From a virus, in the IMG/VR virus record IMGVR_UViG_3300031951_000022, positions 93,713-157,712 of that record: DNA of 64,000 nt; one strand, 5' to 3'. Of this stretch, positions 58,822-64,000 are shown in pieces. Each line of letters begins with the position of its first letter. Position 1 is the stretch's first letter. The position numbers and the translations under genes were made by a program. A model generated the notes under the pieces. That model had not been told where the DNA came from, ran no database searches, and saw only the letters and a program-made list of their open reading frames with translations.

Positions 58822-59685
58822 TTAAAAAAGCATAATTTGTGATGGATTAATTCTTAAATCAAAATCTGGTAATAGACTATAAAGATTTTTATGAAAACAC
58901 ACATGTTCACAATCATAACCTTCATATTTACCAGACAAAAAGGCGCTACTCTTATATATGGTACTGCCACCAAAAGCACTATTAACTTTGATCGGCGGAC
59001 TACCTATTGGTGGTTGCCACAGACCAAACCATAACATAGGATCATAGTGATAGTACTCATACTGAGCCTGTAAATCCTCCCACCAACTACCACGATACGC
59101 CCAGCAATCATAGTTCCATAAATTTTGGTGTCCTAGTGTATGAATAAACTTTATTTCAAAAGAATTACCTGCTATGGCTTTGATTTGATGTTCTTGTTGC
59201 ATCCAACCAAATGAGTTCATGAGACCATCTAAACTAAATTTTTGAAAATCCAAATCTATTACTACAACATAATCAACATCTTCATAATTTTGTTGTATAT
59301 ATTCTATACAAAAGTTTCTGTGTTTAGCTAGGGCGGATGTTCTGTTTTGAGACTTTAGTAAGGAAGGGTTTTCTTTGGTGAATGCCGCTAGGTCTAGTTT
59401 TTCAGAAACATAATTGAATCCAGAAATTGTTTTGTGTAGTAATTCAAGTTGTTCTGGCGTGTTGTCTGAAGAGTCGTTCTCATAAACAAAGTAGGAGAGT
59501 TTACCGCAGGTGGCTCTGATCTTATCTAATTGCTCTATGTTAGTTTTGAGACTGTTAGATAAATTTCTAGCTAGTCCAGCGAATATAATATGCTTATCTT
59601 TTAAATAATTTTGCCCTGCTTCTATGTATTCTAGATACTTAGACTGAAATTCGGGTAATACTGCAAATAGTGGTTTGGATAACAT
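58822..59685 (-). CDS. Glycosyltransferase, CAP59/GT69-like
   Basis: VYENDSSDNT, LAKHRN, IDLD, YDCWA, VNSAFGG, CEH. Confidence 0.7.
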   Translation of the reverse strand: MLSKPLFAVLPEFQSKYLEYIEAGQNYLKDKHIIFAGLARNLSNSLKTNIEQLDKIRATCGKLSYFVYENDSSDNTPEQLELLHKTISGFNYVSEKLDLAAFTKENPSLLKSQNRTSALAKHRNFCIEYIQQNYEDVDYVVVIDLDFQKFSLDGLMNSFGWMQQEHQIKAIAGNSFEIKFIHTLGHQNLWNYDCWAYRGSWWEDLQAQYEYYHYDPMLWFGLWQPPIGSPPIKVNSAFGGSTIYKSSAFLSGKYEGYDCEHVCFHKNLYSLLPDFDLRINPSQIMLF

Positions 59686-60329
59686 TATATGTTGATTTGT
59701 TGAAGGATGTTTTTCATTGCGCTATATCTATTCTTAAAAGAAGTAGCATGAAAAAAACGAGTATCATCAGGAATTTTTCTTGCGTCATTAATATGTGGAT
59801 TCCACACATAGTCTAGTTGCTGCCATAGGATATTATCGGCATTTGGAGACATATCTATAACTGATTTATCTGGATCAACACCAAGTAAAGATAGCATAGC
59901 AGCTTGTTCCCACCAACACGATGAACGTCTAAAGTCATTTAGAGGCCATAATTTATGAAACCAAGATAAGCAACTTTTATTTAAAGGCCATACTCCACAA
60001 TTAGGTACATAGCCGTCATCGGTTTGATGTACTACTAGTCCTGTATCTTTTTCTGGTGGTAAATCATCCATAATATCTTTATCAAACCGACAAATAATAA
60101 TATCAGAATCAATCCATAAAACCTGATCGTATTTATCAAATAATTGTCCAATAAGCTCTATTTTCCACCACGAAGGATGTCTTTTTTTAGTTTCTTCACT
60201 AAAATAGCTTAGACTAGGAATAAACAAATCATAATTATGGTTATGACTATAAATATAGAAGGTTGGTGCAGCCAGACTTAGTAGTTGGGCATGTTCGCCA
60301 AAACCAAAAGAACACAATACTTTTTTCAT
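59685..60329 (-). CDS. Glycosyltransferase, GT34 (MNN10/GMA12)-like
   Basis: WWKI, LWIDSD, NCGV, WEQAAM, FFH; start at ATGA 60329. Confidence 0.75.
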   Translation of the reverse strand: MKKVLCSFGFGEHAQLLSLAAPTFYIYSHNHNYDLFIPSLSYFSEETKKRHPSWWKIELIGQLFDKYDQVLWIDSDIIICRFDKDIMDDLPPEKDTGLVVHQTDDGYVPNCGVWPLNKSCLSWFHKLWPLNDFRRSSCWWEQAAMLSLLGVDPDKSVIDMSPNADNILWQQLDYVWNPHINDARKIPDDTRFFHATSFKNRYSAMKNILQQINI

Positions 60330-60859
60330 TTTTGATAAACCAAGACCGTTTGACGCCCCCAAATATCCTTGATTAATTCTTGAATAAAAGACCAATCACC
60401 CCCTGCTAAACCACAGCCAAACTTGGGCGCATGTATTTGAGCTTTATTTTCATTGGGATCAAAAGATGTTTGTATAAATTTAGCTACCTTAACCATGCAT
60501 TGTGTTAAGGCATAGTAGTTAAGAGGTCTAGGATTAGAATTACAAATCACACCATTTTGAGCAATCATATTAGCAAAAATCAGCTTGTGTCCATATGTAG
60601 GGTCTTTATCTACTTCTACAAACTGCACATATCCTAATGAGGACTGAGATCCTAACAGATGATAGTTCTGCTTGACTATAGGATAGTGTTTGGCTACTCC
60701 AGCCGCAAATCCTGCTCCGAACAAATTAATATTATTGCACACATGGGGTACTATTACACTATAGCCATTATTGCCTTGACGAACATAATGTCCTACATGA
60801 TCAAATAAATCGCCATTAACAATACGAATATGGTCAGCGTGTTTTGATATAGTTTTCAT
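60326..60859 (-). CDS. Macrodomain protein
   Basis: GDLF, HVCN...GAGFA, ANMIAQ, PKFGCGLAGGDW. Confidence 0.88.
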   Translation of the reverse strand: MKTISKHADHIRIVNGDLFDHVGHYVRQGNNGYSVIVPHVCNNINLFGAGFAAGVAKHYPIVKQNYHLLGSQSSLGYVQFVEVDKDPTYGHKLIFANMIAQNGVICNSNPRPLNYYALTQCMVKVAKFIQTSFDPNENKAQIHAPKFGCGLAGGDWSFIQELIKDIWGRQTVLVYQK

Positions 60860-60878
60860 GCGATAGCCACTCCTGCGT

Positions 60879-60907
60879 TATAATAGGATAGGCAATCGCT
60901 CAGTCAA
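60879..60907 (-). promoter_or_regulatory. Possible sigma70-type promoter for the macrodomain/GT operon
   Basis: TTGACT, about 16 nt, TATTAT, then AGGAG SD. Confidence 0.5.
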
Positions 60908-60917
60908 CTCATAAAAA

Positions 60918-61136
60918 TTAAGGAGCTGGAACTACAGGAGTAATTACAAAAACCCCATTATAAAATTTGTCTCCATACTTATCGTCAATGTCGCTAATAA
61001 CTGGAGTATTATGTTCGTATGTGTCTAAAACAGATCTTCGGCCAGTTTTACTGCAAGATACTACTGCTAAACCATTTCTAATAGTTGTTGATGATGTAAC
61101 AGCATTAGTAATATCTGTGTAGGGTCTAGTTGGCAT
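60918..61136 (-). CDS. Small hypothetical protein
   Basis: 72 aa, AAGGAG SD. Confidence 0.6.
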   Translation of the reverse strand: MPTRPYTDITNAVTSSTTIRNGLAVVSCSKTGRRSVLDTYEHNTPVISDIDDKYGDKFYNGVFVITPVVPAP

Positions 61137-61201
61137 TATATGCTCCTTAAATAAAAATAAATGGCTAATTATAAGTTATTTTTCTATCTTGTGATACACC
61201 G

Positions 61202-62104
61202 TTAGCTGTATTTATGATAAACTAGTTCTAAATTTATGGGAGTTAAAGAATATCCTTGATTGGATGATAACCTGTTTATTGCCTCATTAATTGCATTGTA
61301 ATGAGTAGTCATAAAGGGTCCAGCGGTGGGACTCAGCCAAGTGCTTATTAACACTAATTCATTGTCTATAATTAGAAATATGGGATTGCCGCTATCTCCG
61401 ACAATAATAGTTTCAGACCATTCTGGGTATGGATTTACTCCTCCGCTTGGACCGCTCATATTGTCAAAATTAATAAAGGTGCTTATGGTAGTAATAGTTT
61501 TGACCAAAGCCTTTTCTTCTTGATCTAACCCCACAGAAAGTAGACCGAATAGTTCAGATCCATTAATGTTTAAAGCCTGAATATAATCTTTATAGTTAGG
61601 CGGTAAAACTTTTGCTATTTTTATATTACTCGGAACGTCATTATCCAACAGTCCTATAGCTATATCGTTTGGAGCAAAATCATAGGCTATTAAATTTCTT
61701 CTAATTGCATTATTGTTTTCATCAACAAATATTATTGGGGTTCCACCGTTGGGCAGTATGGCCGTTGTAAAGTGCGTTGCTTGTATAAAGTGCCTGGTTG
61801 TGACTAGGGTTCCAGCGCGTTGCCACCAGTTTGCACCACTTCGTTGCGCTGGACTAAAACAACTTATATTTGAAACCCCATTGATCCAGCAGTTAGGATT
61901 ACGAACCCACGTTCCGGCATCACCAACTCCACCATAAGGATTTTGAGATGAATAAACTAGACGATCAGTAGCTGGGTTTTTACCAACCAATCTGTTTGCT
62001 GTACTAGAATTAATATGGTTATAAATAACATTTTTATCTATAGGAAGAAGATTATATCGTAATTTGTTATTATATAATTTATTTCCCCTAGTATAAAATG
62101 GCAT
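61202..62104 (-). CDS. Trypsin-like serine protease domain protein
   Basis: GTLVTTRHFIQATH (His), DIAIG (Asp), GDSGNP (Ser). Confidence 0.75.
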   Translation of the reverse strand: MPFYTRGNKLYNNKLRYNLLPIDKNVIYNHINSSTANRLVGKNPATDRLVYSSQNPYGGVGDAGTWVRNPNCWINGVSNISCFSPAQRSGANWWQRAGTLVTTRHFIQATHFTTAILPNGGTPIIFVDENNNAIRRNLIAYDFAPNDIAIGLLDNDVPSNIKIAKVLPPNYKDYIQALNINGSELFGLLSVGLDQEEKALVKTITTISTFINFDNMSGPSGGVNPYPEWSETIIVGDSGNPIFLIIDNELVLISTWLSPTAGPFMTTHYNAINEAINRLSSNQGYSLTPINLELVYHKYS

Positions 62105-63228
62105 TAGGCTACTCCTAATAAACCGCAGCCGTTGACTCCTCGTTTCAAAGGATATGGGGTTCTATTTTGGAATGTTACGGTTCCTTCGTATGTAGCTCCA
62201 GCCGATGTTGGATAGGCGAAAGAACTGTCGTTGAACGTGGCGTCGCCATTGACGGCGCCGCTGTTGTACGAAGCGTTGTTGAACGTGGCGTCTCCATTGA
62301 CAGTGCCGAAGTTGTTGTACGAATAGTCGTTGAACGTGGCGTTGCCGGCGATGGTGGCGTTGAAGTTGTTGTACGAATTGTCGTTGAACGTGGCGTCTCC
62401 ATTGACAGTGTCGTTGTTGTACGAACTGTCGTTGAACGTGGCGTCGCCATTGACGGCGCCGCTGTTGTACGAAGCGTTGTTGAACGTGGCGTCTCCATTG
62501 ACAGTGCCGAAGTTGTTGTACGAATAGTCGTTGAACGTGGCGTTGCCAGTGACAAAGGCACTACCGTCGTTCCACGAACTGTTGTTGAACGTGGCGTCGC
62601 CATTGACGGTGCTGTAGTTGTACGAACTGTCGTTGAACGTGGCGTCTCCATTGACAGTGTCGTTGTTGTACGAACTGTCGTTGAACGTGGCGTCTCCATT
62701 GACAGTGCCGAAGTTGTTGTACGAATAGTCGTTGAACGTGGCGTTGCCGGCGATGGTGGCGTTGAAGTTGTTGTACGAATTGTCGTTGAACGTGGCGTTG
62801 CCGGAGACGGTGCCGTTGTTGACCGCATAGCCGTTGAACGTCGCATCGCCGGTAACGGTGCCGCCGGTGGCCGCATAGTCATTGAACGTGGCGTCGCCAT
62901 TGACGGTGCCGCTGCTGTACGAATTGTCATTGAACGTGGCGTCTCCATTGACAATGCCATCGTTGACCGCATAGCCGTTGAACGTCGCGTTGCCATTGAC
63001 GGTGATGGTAATGCTGAAAACAGCGTAGTCGAAAGCAGGGTCATTAAGCGTCAGGTTCGCCACCGTTGGCGCACTGCCGCCGTTCGCATTGCACGTTGCA
63101 CTCAGCACAACGCTATCGCTGCTAGACGGTAGGGCAGAAGCCTGCGTGGTGAACGCATCGTCCGTCCACCAGTTGCCTAGAGTTGCCCAGTTGGTATTGA
63201 CCGCAGCGTTGTAATACAGAGTTGCCAT
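62104..63228 (-). CDS. Beta-helix repeat protein (GDATFNDxSYN repeats), fibre/adhesin-like
   Basis: About 16 tandem 16-18 aa repeats; N-terminal WATLGNW; GC-rich. Confidence 0.75.
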   Translation of the reverse strand: MATLYYNAAVNTNWATLGNWWTDDAFTTQASALPSSSDSVVLSATCNANGGSAPTVANLTLNDPAFDYAVFSITITVNGNATFNGYAVNDGIVNGDATFNDNSYSSGTVNGDATFNDYAATGGTVTGDATFNGYAVNNGTVSGNATFNDNSYNNFNATIAGNATFNDYSYNNFGTVNGDATFNDSSYNNDTVNGDATFNDSSYNYSTVNGDATFNNSSWNDGSAFVTGNATFNDYSYNNFGTVNGDATFNNASYNSGAVNGDATFNDSSYNNDTVNGDATFNDNSYNNFNATIAGNATFNDYSYNNFGTVNGDATFNNASYNSGAVNGDATFNDSSFAYPTSAGATYEGTVTFQNRTPYPLKRGVNGCGLLGVA

Positions 63229-64000
63229 TATATCATCCCCAGTATGTTAGAGTTGTTGATTCCGTATCTTAGTCGAGTTCCAAAGACTGTTGTTCCTATT
63301 GTTGTTTCAACTGTTGTATATGAGGCGTCGTTGAAGGTGGCGTTTCCATTGACGGTGCCGTAGTTGTTGATCGAACTGTCGTTGAACGTGGCGTCGCCGG
63401 AGACGGTGCCGAATTCGTTGCTCACAGTGTCATTGAACGTGGCGTCTCCATTGACAGTGCCGCTGTTATTGTACGAATTGTCGTTGAACGTGGCGTCTCC
63501 ATTGACAGTGCCGAAGTTGTACGAACTGTCGTTGAACGTGGCGTTGCCGGCGATGGTGGCGTTGAAGTTGTTGTACGAATTGTCGTTGAACGTGGCGTCT
63601 CCATTGACAGTGTCGTTGTTGTACGAACTGTCGTTGAACGTGGCGTCGCCATTGACGGCGCCGCTGTTGTACGAAGCGTTGTTGAACGTGGCGTCTCCAT
63701 TGACAGTGCCGAAGTTGTTGTACGAATAGTCGTTGAACGTGGCGTTGCCAGTGACAAAGGCACTACCGTCGTTCCACGAACTGTTGTTGAACGTGGCGTC
63801 GCCATTGACGGTGCTGTAGTTGTACGAACTGTCGTTGAACGTGGCGTCTCCATTGACAGTGTCGTTGTTGTACGAACTGTCGTTGAACGTGGCGTCTCCA
63901 TTGACAGTGCCGAAGTTGTTGTACGAATAGTCGTTGAACGTGGCGTTGCCGGCGATGGTGGCGTTGAAGTTGTTGTACGAATTGTCGTTGAACGTGGCGT
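62326..64000. repeat. Direct repeat of at least 473 bp (62326-62798 = 63528-64000)
   Basis: Read-through comparison found no mismatch at offset 1202. Confidence 0.85.
63228..64000 (-). CDS. Second beta-helix repeat protein, 5' end outside window
   Basis: Frame of ORF 63228..63425 stays open to the window edge with the same repeats; ends RYGINNSNILGMI. Confidence 0.75.
   Translation of the reverse strand, partial: ATFNDNSYNNFNATIAGNATFNDYSYNNFGTVNGDATFNDSSYNNDTVNGDATFNDSSYNYSTVNGDATFNNSSWNDGSAFVTGNATFNDYSYNNFGTVNGDATFNNASYNSGAVNGDATFNDSSYNNDTVNGDATFNDNSYNNFNATIAGNATFNDSSYNFGTVNGDATFNDNSYNNSGTVNGDATFNDTVSNEFGTVSGDATFNDSSINNYGTVNGNATFNDASYTTVETTIGTTVFGTRLRYGINNSNILGMI

Noticed and set aside
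58628-58822. tRNA or ncRNA in the intergenic gap
   Set aside because: No cloverleaf or T-loop motif; explained by a promoter plus small ORF
62167-63901. Long alternative-frame and antisense ORFs over the repeats (also 11996..13114)
   Set aside because: By-products of repetitive, codon-biased coding sequence
62104-64000. Diversity-generating retroelement TR/VR pair (AAC-rich repeats)
   Set aside because: The long copies are identical rather than differing at adenines, unit differences include non-A changes (TCG/GCG, TAC/TGG), both copies are coding, and there is no reverse transcriptase in the window
62220-64000. CRISPR array (recurring GTTGAACGTGGCGT)
   Set aside because: Period is 48-54 nt in codon multiples, intervening sequences are homologous rather than unique spacers, and an open reading frame explains it
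1-64000. Stop-codon reassignment
   Set aside because: Genes are full length and tightly packed under code 11 with all three stops used; the dnaE case also needs a frame change, so readthrough cannot explain it

Overview
A 64-kb slice of a large, AT-rich, gene-dense tailed-phage genome. No rRNA, tRNA or CRISPR array was seen, and the standard code 11 fits. 1-13169 (+) is a tail module: a partial tape measure, two paralogous tail proteins, a large protein with Cys-rich repeats and poly-Ser linkers, and a mucin-like Thr/Pro protein. 13173-64000 (-) holds about ten glycosyltransferase-like genes in several clusters and a replication/recombination block (SSB, a two-gene split DnaE with a DnaQ-like exonuclease between the halves, Cas4-like nuclease, dNMP kinase, primase, DnaB, RecA). 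It also holds PhoH, a class II RNR, dCMP deaminase, a membrane-protein/papain-peptidase cluster, DeoC-like, ClpP, a sigma factor, GMP reductase, a macrodomain, a trypsin-like protease and tandem beta-helix repeat genes. Two inteins are present (HNH-type in DnaE-C, LAGLIDADG-type in RNR). The most striking observation is in dnaE-N. Its conserved PHP motif (YIPLHVHS|MFSLLDG) is interrupted by a 10-nt insert (31741-31750) that begins with a stop codon and completes a 15-bp hairpin. The insert lies directly downstream of a degenerate free-standing HNH gene, an arrangement reminiscent of the T4 mobA/gene 60 ribosomal-bypass cassette. A second candidate system is a phage-encoded mucin-type O-glycosylation set (Thr/Pro protein plus a GT60-like transferase). 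All family calls are from motif recognition by eye; no database search was run.
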